A stretch of DNA of 64,000 nucleotides. Origin: Octopus vulgaris (taxonomy: Eukaryota). The notes under the pieces are model-generated. The model was not told the origin of the DNA. It did not search any database and saw nothing but the letters and a program-made list of their open reading frames with translations. Shown here piece by piece: positions 27,854-40,793 of the stretch (position 1 is its first letter; each line of letters begins with the position of its first letter). The translations under genes and the position numbers were made by a program. Location of the stretch: the NCBI GenBank assembly GCA_951406725.2, contig OX597822.1, positions 86,986,001 through 87,050,000 of the forward strand, written 5' to 3'.

Positions 27854-28194
27854 ACTTAGTGTATTGAGTGAATTTTGCAGCACCAGCAGGGGAGGGTCAC
27901 AAGAGAGCTGTTCCCCACACCACTCATGAGAGAAAGATTTATTGTGAGAAAATGTTAATGAAGGGTATAACAGAGGGAACAGTGTTTGGGGGGGGGGGGC
28001 GGTAACAGAAATAAAAGGGAGCTGTGAAGGAGAGGTGGAAGGAGACAAGGTAGCAAGGGTTCCAGATTGACTCTGCAGACCGAGTGGGGTCAGTTCATCT
28101 GCCATGTGGGGTCAGAGTTAAACAGATTTAACAGGTTTACTGTTGAGAAGGAGAGAGAGAGAGATAAACAGTGTTTTATATATTTGCATCTGTG

Positions 28195-28545
28195 TGTGTG
28201 TGTATGTGCCTTGGTTTCAGTCATTAGACTGTGGCCATGCTGGGGCACCCCCTTGATGAATTTTATTTGAATGAATCAACTCCAGTACTTCATTTTTTTC
28301 TTTTTAAAGCCTGGTACTTATTCTATTGATCTCTTTTGCTGAACTGCTACATTACTGGGGGCATGAAGAAACTAACACCAGTTGTCAAGTGGTAATGGCG
28401 AACAACCTCATGGTTCCAGGTTCAATCCCACTTCATGGCATCTTCTACTATAGCCTCAGGCTGAGTAGATTTGGTAGATGGAAACTGAAAGAAGCCAGAA
28501 TCATGTGGTTAGGAAGCAAACTTCTTACCTCACACCGACACTTCT
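28195..28545. mobile_element. Rearranged SINE family A pieces
   Basis: A minus-strand tail (ttcagtcattagactgtggccatgctggggcac) is followed by plus-strand head pieces. Confidence 0.7.
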
Positions 28546-28915
28546 GCCTATGTGGCCATATGATGGATGTACAATTTAAAAAGCTACTTTGTACTACTGC
28601 CTTTGTTAAGAGCAAAATTCTTTCATGAGGGAGATGGAAAGCATCTTTTAATGTTACATGCAAACCAATGTTGTCAAATAAGAAAATAAAGGTCTATTAG
28701 TTTGAAGATATTTAAATGATAGTGAGGGGAAATATCAGTAAAAAAGAAAAACAAACAAAAACAAAAACAAAACAGAACTGTACTGATAACAACTACAGAC
28801 TCTTGTTAGAAGTACCAGTCAGATGGTGACATTTTCATTGGACTTTATACTTTTTTATAATGTTATGTATACAGCAATTTTTAAATATATAGGTATACAT
28901 GTATGTGTATGCGTG

Positions 28916-28959
<44 letters not shown>

Positions 28960-29213
28960 CTATATGAATCTGTATATATATTTGTGCATGTATGCATCTA
29001 TCATTGTGTATATATATGTATGTATCTATGTCTCTATGCAAGTATGTGTATATATATATGTATGAATGTATGTATCTAAGTCTCTATGCAAGTATGTGTA
29101 TATATATATGTATGTAGGAGCCTACATTTGAGTGTGCATAAAGATACTCCACACAGAACCTTAGAAATATTTTTAACTCATCCTCATATTGTTGTTACTT
29201 TTGTTGCTTTTAG

Positions 29214-29240
29214 GATTTAAAAATTCTAGGAAGAACATAT
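29214..29240 (+). CDS. Candidate 27-nt microexon
   Basis: Branch-like ttttaac, pyrimidine tract ttacttttgttgctttttag, 27 nt, donor gtgagt. Splice signals only. Confidence 0.3.
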
Positions 29241-30944
29241 GTGAGTGAAATGTTATAATTATAAGCCAAATAGATAATGATGTATTATTATAATGAGTCA
29301 TACAAGTGGGAATTTGTTAAATTATAGGAACAACCTTTAGGAGTTTCCCAACTTAAAGTACTAAGTTGTCAGAGTTATTTGTGAATGTATCAAGGAAAGT
29401 AGTTTGACCAACTTTACAAGAAATGTCTGGCTTACTTTGTGTGGGAAATGTTTCTTTTGACCGAAAGATACCAACACCTAAGTAGAATTTAATGAAGAAG
29501 AGTTGCAGTAATTGTAAATAGCTAAAAATGTTTCCAAATATACTGTAAAGATTTCTATAAAATTGTCATAAGAATGCTTTTGAATTGTTTTACTTTCACT
29601 GAAGCTTCTTAGAGGTCTACAGTATTTCAAGCTTTGTTGAAATAAAGAACACAATTACGTTTTTTTTTTAATTATTTGTTTAAAATATTTCATGCAATAT
29701 TTTTTCATGGTATGATTTTAGGTTTTTTAGTCCACACATGTTTAAACAGTTTAAAATAGCCTGATTTTCATAAAAGATATATATATATATATATTTGGAA
29801 TTTGAGATTTAGTCTTCTGACAAGGGATTCTGTTTACTGATTCTTCTGGACATAAGCTTGAATATGTTTTGCTGAGAACTAATTTTTAATACTACTCTTT
29901 AAGTCTACTGAGGATAAAATGTCAGTTCAAAGCTAGAATTCATTAAAAAATATGATATATTTCCAGTTTTCTTTGCTGACATGGGTGGGTCTGCATGATT
30001 AGTTCTCTACCTTTTGTCTTTTCTTTTTTTTTTTTTTGTCATTTCTTCTGCTAGTTTGAGGTCCCTTGGCTCTTGGCCTATTTCTACTCAGGTTACCACC
30101 CTTATTGGTTTACTTTCTTTTTATTATCCTTTATTATTGCATGTTCATACCAGTTCAGTGATCTTTCTTGCAAACAACATTTGATGCTTTTAATTCACAG
30201 CTGGGTTTTTTTTTTGTAATTCATTCCATCTTTTTTATTCTAATTAATTCGTTACTTCTTCACTCTCTTCTAGCTTCTAAGATATCCTACAACTTTTCTC
30301 ATCTTAGAATATACAAGTCACACACAAGGATTCCTGTATGATAGCATATGGATGCACAATCAGTGCAGAGTGGAAGAATAAAGCAGGATGTCTGTGCACC
30401 AGCACTTCCACTAGACTAGAATAAAATGCTGTGTATAAGTTTTCAGTAAAATGAACTGAAAAAATGTTGGACAAAGCATTTTATTCATTCTCATATCTGG
30501 TTTTTTTTTTCGTTTTGTTTTAGTCTGCAGCTTTGTGTTGACAAATGATCAAAGAAATTTCGACCCCTTCTATCACGTCTATCATTGTTGTCCTACCTTT
30601 TTAAGGATAGTAACGAGTTATCTGAGGGAGAATTGCCTGCTGCTTCTAACAGCTTGGATGATATGTAGAGGCTACTTTGTTGGTTTGTTATTTCCAGTGG
30701 AGTTTAGAGAGTGTTGATGGACACACACCCATGGCTACTAAAATTCTTACCCAGGGTTGTTGAAGGGTTGGTGAAAAGGTGGATAGGAGCTGGAAATAGC
30801 AGAGAAAAGTTTGTGTGCAGAAAAAAAAAATGCTCCTGATCTTTTAATTTCTTCTAAACAAAATGGATTTGCCACTCCTCTTGTTCAAAACAAACATGAA
30901 TTAATTCATAACTGTAAAGTGATTTCTCTTGTTAATCATATCTT

Positions 30945-31168
30945 TGATCTTTTACTTGTTTCAGTCATTAGAGTGTGGGCATGCTGGGGCACCCAGCGTT
31001 GAAGAATTTTTTGAGTCAAATGAATCAGTCCCAGTACTTATTTTTTTTTTTAAAGCCTGGTATTTATTATATTGGTTTCTTTTGCTGAACTGCTCAGTTA
31101 TGGGGACATAAACACACCAACATTCGTTGTCAAATAGTGGTGGGGGATAAACACACACACACACACAT

Positions 31169-31241
<73 letters not shown>

Positions 31242-31405
31242 TATGCATATATGACAGGTTTCTTTCAGTTTCCATCTACCAGATTCATTCACAAGACTTT
31301 TGTTGGCCTGAGACTATAGAAGAAGACACTTGCCCAAGGTACCACACCGTGGGACTGAAACCAGAACCATGTGGTTGAGAAGCAAGCTTCTTTCACTCAG
31401 CCACA
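30945..31405 (-). mobile_element. SINE family A with expanded (CA)n
   Basis: Reverse complement of the 27342 copy. Confidence 0.88.
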
Positions 31406-31559
31406 AAAGAAGAAGAAGGACACTTATTTCAATCCAGTCTGGTTTTAGAGTTGACATAAACATCACAATTTATTCATTAATGATAAGGAATTTTTAAATT
31501 ATGTACACAGTTCTATTTACATAATTTTTTGTTCTCTTTCCCAATCAAAACTGAACAAC

Positions 31560-32430
31560 AACACATGGAACAGCAACTCTGTTAGTTTTCCATTGAAACT
31601 CAAAGTGTACAATGAGTGCCTGATGACTCTGATCCTTCTGTGTGGGTTTGAGAGCTGGATCCTTATAGCTGATATGGAAAAAAGAATTCAGGCATTTGAG
31701 CAGAAATGCTCCAGAAGGCTGCTACTCATCCCTCACACAGAACACAAAACGAACGGCTTTGTCGAAAAATATACTGGTAGACAGGAACTACTCCTTGAGT
31801 GGGCAAAAATGATGAAAGCTCGCTTGGTACAGTCATGTATTTCGTCACAGTTCCTTGTTCCAAACCATTCTTCAGGGCACAGTTGAGGGAAGACGAAAGA
31901 GAGACAGACAGAGAAAATTACTCTTTTTACTCTTTTACTTGTTTCAGTCATTTGACTGCGGCCATGCTGGAGCACTGCCTTTAGTCGAGCAAATCAACCC
32001 CGGGACTTATTCTTTGTAAGCCCAGTACTTATTCTAAGTGACGGGGACGTAAACACACCAGCATTGGTTGTCACGCAATGCTAGGGGGTCAAACACAGAC
32101 ACACAAACATACACACACATACACACACATACATATATATATATACATATATACGACAGGCTTCTTTCAGTTTCCGTCTACCGAATCCACTCACAAGGCT
32201 TTGGTCGGCCCGAGGCTATAGCAGAAGACACTTGCCCAAGATGCCACGCAGTGGGATTGAACCCGGAACCAGCAAGCTACTTAACACAAGCCACTCGTGG
32301 ACAAGTTACTACACTGTGACCCTGCTATGCATGGCAGAGAACAGAGACCAATGGCAATGCAAAAGCATCTAGAGTGGCATCCCAATGGCTGGCTGCTCTA
32401 ATTAAGTAAATTTGAGGATGATGAATTATA
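31560..32430 (+). mobile_element. RTE-like LINE 3' fragment split by a SINE
   Basis: LKLKVY...LLCGFESW...RIQAFEQKCSRRLL...TILQGTVEGRRKR, resuming after the SINE with MAENRDQW. Confidence 0.8.
31918..32295 (-). mobile_element. SINE family A, young
   Basis: Close reverse complement of 27342-27744 with small deletions. Confidence 0.9.
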
Positions 32431-33394
32431 CTGCTCTTGTTGTTTCCATCTAGTCTCCTTACCAACAGGCATGTTGCCTATCAATGTCATTCTTCATCAT
32501 TCTCTGATTTATCCATTGCTTCCTTTCGAATGCATTCTGCTCTTTTATCCCGTTTCTTGCTGTGGCCTTATTTTTTCCTCAGTCACTTTTCTCTCGACCG
32601 ATAACAAGACAATCTTTTGGTGTTAGTGAATAAAGAAATGGAAACAAATATTGAAAGGACCTTTTAGTTTTGCTGATAAGACAACTTTCCTGGTGCTAAT
32701 GCCACAGTCACATATCTCTAGGACACTCTGTAAAATGTTTTACAAATGACTGGAGATAGCACAAGTCAGAATGACCTTTTGTTTGTCTCTAATGTTGGGA
32801 CCACAATAAAATATACTCAGTACACCCAATAAAGTGATTGGCAAACAGAATAGAGAAAACTCTTTAGTCTTGTAGAGGACATGACAACTACTCTGGTGCT
32901 GGTGCCATGATACATTGCACCAAGCACACTTTGTAATGTAGTTGATGATAGGAAGAGCATCTAGCAAGAGAAAACATGCCAAAAATTAAACTTATGCGCA
33001 AGAAATAGTCTTTGATACCCCATCTGATGCATGCCAATATATAAAAGCAGATAGAAAGACTATCTGTTCATTGAATTGGTGCTTTTCCACAAATGATTTC
33101 CATTGTAAAATATCGATATTCATTTCTCTTTTAGTTAATTATATATTTAGTTGGGTTTTTTTCCATGTTTTACACCATCAAGATTTCTTTGGAACTGCTA
33201 TGTAGAATGAATGTTTTTAAGTATCAAAACATAAACTACAAAACCTCATGTTTTTTAAAGTTATTTAGAAATATAACTTTGTATTTAAGCAAACTTGAAA
33301 TGTAAACCTTGTATTATCACATTACAACCTTTATTACCACATTACAACACCCGATATTCCGACTTTCCCCCCAGCATATCAACACTTCAAAACT

Positions 33395-33595
33395 ATATCC
33401 CTAAATAACCTTTATTCAGGGACCTTTTTGAGTCTGATGGACTGCTCCACATGAAGAAAATTCTAACTGGGCCCCACCTGCAAGGTCATGCACTGTTTAT
33501 CTTGATATGAGGTCACCATGTTGTGCACATATGGTTGTGATGCATGTGTCTGGTGCACCCTTATCAGACAGGTAATGATGATGAGTATACTGGGC

Positions 33596-33600
<5 letters not shown>
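33395..33600 (+). mobile_element. 3' UTR fragment of the R4/Dong-like LINE
   Basis: Matches the reverse complement of about 50930-51120 (gaagaaaattctaactgggccc...caaggtcatgcactgtttatcttgatat) and ends in (TTA)n(TAA)n. Confidence 0.85.
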
Positions 33601-33673
<73 letters not shown>

Positions 33674-34255
33674 GCATAGGCAGAATGCTGAAAGTTTTCA
33701 AAGATGGTTAATTTGAGTTAATCAACCAAATTACTTATTTTATTGACTTTGAAATGAGAAATGACAAAGTGAACTCTAATGGGACTTGAACTTAAAACAT
33801 AAAGGAACAAATCTACATTCCATGTAGTATATTGTTTGACACTCTACTGATTCTGCTAGCCACTGTCTTGACTTCTTACTTTAAATTTTATGTAGAGAAA
33901 TTCTGCGATAATCTATCTAGTTTTGCTTTATAGCTTACACCGAATAGCCTAAAATTTTCAACCCCACCATGTATTGTATTACGTTTAATAGTTGTCAGAT
34001 CTTGGATGTACCGGGAGACGGCCATTAACAAAGATCAGTTATCACTTTCTAGATTTGACTTTAACTGAACATTCATAGTCAGACTCAAGGATTATTCCAA
34101 GCTGTTTAGAAAATTACTGGAAGGTTGCTGAGTTTAAGTGCAGTCAGGATTTAAGCTGCCACAACCAGATTCCTGTATGTCAATTATCTTGACCAAAGTG
34201 ACAATTCTTTAAACTTTAAACTCTATTAATGACAGAATGATCATATACATGCATG

Positions 34256-34296
<41 letters not shown>

Positions 34297-37084
34297 ACTC
34301 ACACACATGGCTGGATTCAACAAGTGTTTGTGAAAAATCTCATACAAAAACCATTTTATTCTGTATAGCATAAACAATAAAAACCATGTAATATTACAAG
34401 CTGTATTACACATAGTATATTATTGGTGATAGGAGAGAGGAATATATTCTAAAAGTATGCTGTAGGTAAGGCCTCTAAAGCAAAATGGTTGGTAGGTTCT
34501 CTCTATGTTGTGTATGATGACATTAGACATGATATTAATTTTTTTTAAAATTCATGTTGAGAGCCAAGGGGGAAAAAAGGAAAAGTATTCTATATTATGT
34601 TGAAGTAAAACAACATCAAAAGCCTGTATTTATAATTATAAATAGGAATTTATTTGAAAGTATAGTGGAATATGTATTCCTTTTTCTAAAAGCAGTAAGA
34701 CTTATTTTGTTGACTTAGTATGTTTGAAAAACAAAGCTGACTCTGTTTTTGAACTGTCAAGTGACAGACACTGAACTAAACACGGTAAAGAATCTACTAG
34801 TTTGGGTCTCTACCATTTGTGCTTTCTTTACAGTTCACAGCAACAGTATTGGTAGAAAGGCTGTAGTTTTAGCGGAACTTGTATTAAACGTAATCTGTAC
34901 AGGAAACAACAAACATTCCAGATATAAATTATTAACTACAAGATGATGATGATTATGATGACGACGAAGAAGATCATTGGACCATTAACATAAGATTTTG
35001 TGTTTTTCACATATCATTTTAGTTAGTTTATTTCCAATCAGGGACTGTAGTTTCATTCTATTAGATTTTCTAAGTAATGTAGTAACTCTTCTTAGTAGAC
35101 TACAGTCATAAATGAAATGCGCTCATTTGTACTTAATTAGGAAAAATGTAAGTATTGTGAAAGACTGTTAGGTGAAAGAGAAAATGGCTCAAGCCTCTGT
35201 CATCATTCATCATTCCTTTAAAGCAACAATCTTTGCAATACTCGTTGGCCTAGTCCCAACATCAAGAATTTTATTTTCTGCCTTAGTAAATTTGGTATCA
35301 GAAAGTGAGATGGGTGTAATAAGGTGAAAGTTGAAAATTTTGGAGAAAGGATCCTCTGCAATCAAGTGTTTCATTCCAAATAGATTCTTAATTTGGAGTT
35401 AAGAAATTTTAGATAAAAATGAAAAAAAGCTGGATTTTTATAATTTTGGCATGAAGCATGAAGAAGCAGATTAAGTTGCTTTAATGCATTTAAATTTTCT
35501 ACTGTAACACAGAATTGAGAGATCATGGCTCTGGTACTACAGACATGTGTTAAGAATGTCTCAGGAAAGAATCAGTGGACAGGTTTTATGGACAAAAGCC
35601 AACTAGCAGAAGATTCAGGTTTAGACCACAAGCAAGTTGGTTTGATAACATTCACAAGCTTGGTTGGTTTTTCTTAGGGATCCAGCCGGATTAATTGAAG
35701 ACAATTGCTTCTGACAGGATCTGATGGAAGATGTGCTTGAGGACTCCTGCCCCCATGACCCTTTTAGGAATAAGTGGGTGTAGAAGATGAGATGAGAGAT
35801 GAACACAGAAAGTATCACCATTCATTCTCAGTTCAGCTACAAAAGAAGATTGTTCTGAAATCAGAGACAGAAACACTCTCATATTCATAAACTGTTGCAG
35901 AGGCTGAAGAAAATAAAAACAATGAATAAAATAAAATGCTTAAAAGTACTATAGAAAATGACAAAAACAAAGCTCAATAGCAATCTTGGATCTTTAATTT
36001 TAGGGTCAACATTTATATCAGTTGGTTTATATAAGAAGTACTATTAATTAAGTTCAAAAATATATAACTTATGTGTTATGATTTCAAAATTTTCTCTTTT
36101 GGTTTTAATTAAAAATATTAGTAGGGATGATGACCAAATGAGTAGGATTGTGAATACAATCAACCAAAATAGGGTTCCCTCAACAGGGTGTGTAGCTCAG
36201 AAGATCAGGCAGTCTTTCCTGGTCAAGCTGCTACTACATTGAGAGGATACAACTCTGGTAATACAGAGACGAGGTCAGAATATATTGCAAGAAAAATAGC
36301 AAGACAAGTTCTTCAGGTTGAAGAGCTATGCTTGGGTATCCTGCTGGTACTACCAGTTGCTTCTGGTAGTAGTACCCTATGGAGGAGGTTCCCGAATGTT
36401 TTCCCCGTACAACCTTTCCATGAATAGTGGGCAGAGAAGATAGATGGATAGAGAAGAGATAATTTCGATATCTCTGTGGTCATATTCTTATAGCATCATC
36501 TTTTCTACATTTTTAAAAATAAATAATTGATTCCATAACAATTCTAGTTGGTTCTGAGTCAAATGGGAAGATTGTTGCAATAAGACTCTTTGTAAATATT
36601 TTCTTCTGAGTTCTAATATTTTGACTTCTGGATTTTCCTTGGTTTTAACAGTAAATCTGTAGTCTTCATCAAAAGGAAATATAGAAATTATTATTTATTT
36701 CTAATTTTTAATTTAAGAAAAATGTATTTAGTTTAATTACATTTAAAAAGCATAAGAAACCTTTTGCTTATCCGAAAAAAGAAAAAAACAACAACTTTGA
36801 TGAGTGAACAAAGAAATTAAATCTCTTGAGAATGCACCCTACTACTTTGGAAGAGGAAAGGATCTATTAGATAACGACCCCTAAAAGGACAGGATCATCA
36901 TAGAATGCCTTTAATCATAGATCTGCTTGATTAGGGTTCACATAGAATTAAATAAATATAACTTTGTAGAAAGGATTATGTTTTCATACACACTGACCAT
37001 GATGCTGTACTAGAAGTGTTAAATATAAATGTAAGAGAGAAATAAACTTGCATTTTGTTTCCATTGATTCAAAGATTTAAGTCA

Positions 37085-37490
37085 AATAATCCTGAGATGA
37101 AGCTTTCGTTGAAGATTTTTGTGGTGGAGGCAACATGACCTATGAAAATTTTTTCAACCATTTGAAGTTCAAATATGATGTTATAATAATAAAATGGTAC
37201 AGAATAATGGCAGATGAATGTGAATATCATCAAGAAGCTCCAGACATTTGGAATGGCTGCCTTAGAGCCATCCTAAATGTTAGATATCCAGATATTGTGA
37301 GCAACATAAAACTCTACTTCAAAACCATGTAGGAACCCCTCAGACCACAAGGGGTAAAATTTTAGTAGGGATGGATAGGCCACGCATTAAGAAGTTCTGT
37401 GGGATATTTAGTAAAGTAAGTCTTTGACTGAAACCTAGGGCTAAAAGGAAGAAGACAGGATGCCCAAGGATTGTGTGGTAGAGATCAACA
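37085..37490 (+). mobile_element. Old RTE-like LINE C-terminal fragment
   Basis: NGCLRAILNVRYPDIVSNIKLY and GWIGHALR motifs. Confidence 0.7.
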
Positions 37491-37611
37491 TAAAAAGTAT
37501 TGATGATGGTAGAAATAATATAGATGCAATGTTAAGTAAAATCTAGTCTAACATTTAGCAAATAGTTTAGAATTTCTCATTTTCTAAGTCAAGTACAACC
37601 TTTCTGAAATA

Positions 37612-38030
37612 TCATCATCATCATCTAATGTTGGCTGGCATGAGTTAGATGCTTTGACAGGAGCTGTCTGGGCTCCATGCCTGTTTTGGCATGGTTTCTA
37701 CAACTTGATGTCCTTGCTAACATCAACCACTTGACAAAGTGTACTGGGTGCTTTTATATGGCACTGGTACCGGTGTTTTTTACGTGATACCAGTTTCCAT
37801 GAACCTGCAAGATTAGAAACACTCAGCTGCAGAGGGTTGCAGGGGACATGCCTGTATGTAAGGACAACCACAATTTTACTTAAGCTTGATGTTTCTTCTC
37901 AAGCACAGCAAACTGCCAAGAGCCTCAGTCCCCTGTCATCTCCACTGTGAGGCCCAACATCTAAAAATCTTTTCTCACCACTTTGCCCCACATCCTCCTA
38001 GGTCTACTCCTTCCACATGTTCCCTCCACA
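37612..38030 (-). mobile_element. RTE 3' end (ORF terminus and UTR)
   Basis: Reverse-complement similarity to 257-946, with a (CAT)n tail. Confidence 0.8.
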
Positions 38031-38679
38031 AATTCTTTTCACTATTGTTGAAGCATTTCACTTCATTTACATTTTTAATACTTTAGCAAAATATGAGTCA
38101 TTTTTTCATTTTGTTTTCCATGCACAAATTTATTGCTTTGTCTCAAATATCACAAGATTTTAACTATAAGAATTAATTCCCAATAAATTGGATGTATGAC
38201 TCAGTTTCTTAGTTCTTCGTTTTATCCCATTATGTGAAGGCCTTTCTTTACTGTTAATTACAATTCTTGTGAAGGAAAACAAGAGAGAGAATTTAAAAGT
38301 TTAAATTGATTGTAATTAAATGTTGACCTACAGTGAGTAATGTATAATAAATAAATGCCAAAACAAGTTTCTGTGTGTCAGTGTGTCACACTTTGACCCC
38401 CCCCTCTCACTGTTCAGTGACACTTCTACTATTCCTCCTGCTGGCGTGAGAGTAACAGTAGGCATAATGACGGTGAGGGTGGTAGTAGATTGACAGTTAT
38501 GTTGGTAATGAGGTGATAGTAATAGTATGAGCTGTAGTTGTGATAGAGGTGGAGACAACAGTGATGATTGTGGTGGTGGTGGTGGTGGTAGCTAAGGCGG
38601 CAAAGTCAAAGGTATTGATAGTGGTGACATCAGAAGTCTGAATGGTGTGTGTATGGTACTTGTGATGGTTGAAAACAAT

Positions 38680-38793
<114 letters not shown>

Positions 38794-39094
38794 GTTAGAC
38801 AAAAAAAAAAGAAATTATATTGGTACCCAAATGGGAAGATGAAAAATGTTTATCCTGCAGCTTTGCAATAAGTTTCAAGTTGACAAATTATATCATTATT
38901 TTGATGAAAATTGTTATATTGCTTGAAAAATATTGGTCAAGTTTTAATATGTACTCAATGCATAAAGTGTCATTGTTGTGCTCAAGGCCCAGTGAAGAGT
39001 CCTCCACAGGAGCTAGCTTAAAAGCCATTCAATAGCGCAGCTTTTAAGCTAGTAAGTAATAATTCAGGATGTGTGCTGGTTTTATTGGACTTGT

Positions 39095-39552
39095 ACGTTA
39101 AATTGGACAGGTATGTAACAAATCTGTCTACGCCGCATCCTTCGTGTCTGATGGCATCACTTTGTCTCCAACAATTCGGTGCGACACCAGTGCAGACTCA
39201 CCTCCCACCGACAAGTCATCCTAACGAGACGTCTACGTTGGCGGGGTCATGCCCTCCGTCATCAACCAGGAGAATTCATCTATGAAACAATTGCCCCAGC
39301 TTCCCTTCAGGGTTGGCGAAAGCGATGTGGTGGACAATGAAAAACCTGGCTGATGACAGTCAAGGCTGATCTGGAACTCAACCTAGGCCCCCATATCTAC
39401 GGCATTCGCCACTGGAATAAGGAGTGGTTGGAGATCACGTGGTCGTTAGCCTCAAATCGCCAGGCCTGGTTGGCGTTTGTGAGAGATGCAGCATTGAGGA
39501 TGAATGAAGCCAGCTCAACCCACCCCGGGTGAATGCTGTAAGAAGAGAAGAA
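39095..39552 (+). mobile_element. Distinct RTE-clade LINE 3' end
   Basis: CLRRILRV*WHHFVSN...RRLRWRGHALR...GWRKRCGGQ*KTWLMTVKADLELNLGPHIYGIRHWNKEW...LASNRQAW...PG*, with a very short UTR. Confidence 0.9.
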
Positions 39553-40420
39553 ATCTTAGAATGACCGACAGGCTATTTCACTGATTAAGCAGACCTTTCT
39601 TCTTATTTCCACTGAATTAATTATGGCTAGCCTGTATTTAATGTGTTTCGTGCAGAAGCATTCCTTCGAAATGTTTTCATACTTTATACCTGGTTAATGA
39701 AAAAAAATATTATTGAAATACCTTAGGGATGTTTACTACTTGGTTGTTCAACAACACTCATATGCACATATGATGTAACTTGCTTATTTTTATCTATGGT
39801 TATATATACTATTATGGTGTATATATTCATAGAGCCTACATGTCATCACAAATGCTGATATTCTACACTATTCTGCACTAGAATATTATTCCTCAAATAT
39901 CACCTGTCTTAATAAATGCAGGAGACATTGAATAAACTAGTCTGAGATATGCTTAAAAAAAGACAGGATGGTAGAAACACATTGGGGGTGGTGAGAATGG
40001 GTGAGAAGATGTAGAGGCTTGGGCTGGGTGAGCGGGTAGGATGAAGTGACTAAAGCAAATGATGGAGAGAAATATAGGAGAGATTTGGGTGTGTGCAGGA
40101 GTTGGAATAGATATGTAAGGGCATTGAGAGTGATTGCAGGTGGGTGAGGTGTTGATGGTGGAGAGTGACATAAGAAGGGGGCAGAAGGCATAGAAGGAGA
40201 TGATTGCAGGGGTGGGGGGAGACTAGGCAGTGGGGTGGAGTAAAGGTAACTGACAAGGCCAAGGGGTGTAGTATGTGCCTATTCTTCTCTCAGGTGATAG
40301 AGGAAATGGTGGGTGTCAGGGGATGAAATGTGGGTGGGAAAGAAGGTTCATATAGCAGTACCTCTCAAGGACAAACATTATGAAGGTGGTTTTAGGATAT
40401 ATATATACTAAAACCACCTT

Positions 40421-40793
40421 TGGAGGGGACCTATGCAAGAGGTAGACCCAGAAAGACATGGGACAAAGTGGTGAAGCATGATCTTCAAATGATGTTTGGC
40501 GATTGGCTGTGCTTAACAAGACTCATGAAGCCAAGTAAAATGGTAGTTGTGGCTGGTGCAAGTGATGTGTAACAACACCTGTGCTGGTGACACGTAAAAG
40601 CATCCATGATGGTGACATGTAGAAGGCACCTACTACACTCTCGAAGTGGTTGGCATTAGGAAGGGCATCCAGCTGTAGAGATGAATCCAAATTCAGACTG
40701 GAACCTGGTGCAGCTCTCTGGCTTACCAGTTCCAGTCAAACCGTCTAACCCATGCCGGCATGGAAAGCAGACGTTAAATGATGATGATGATGA
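40421..40793 (+). mobile_element. RTE 3' end
   Basis: EGTYARGRPRKTWDKVVKHDLQ followed by the family UTR and (GAT)n. Confidence 0.88.

Noticed and set aside
39960-40340. G-rich purine tract, possible G-quadruplex or repeat
   Set aside because: Irregular low-complexity sequence with no defined unit.
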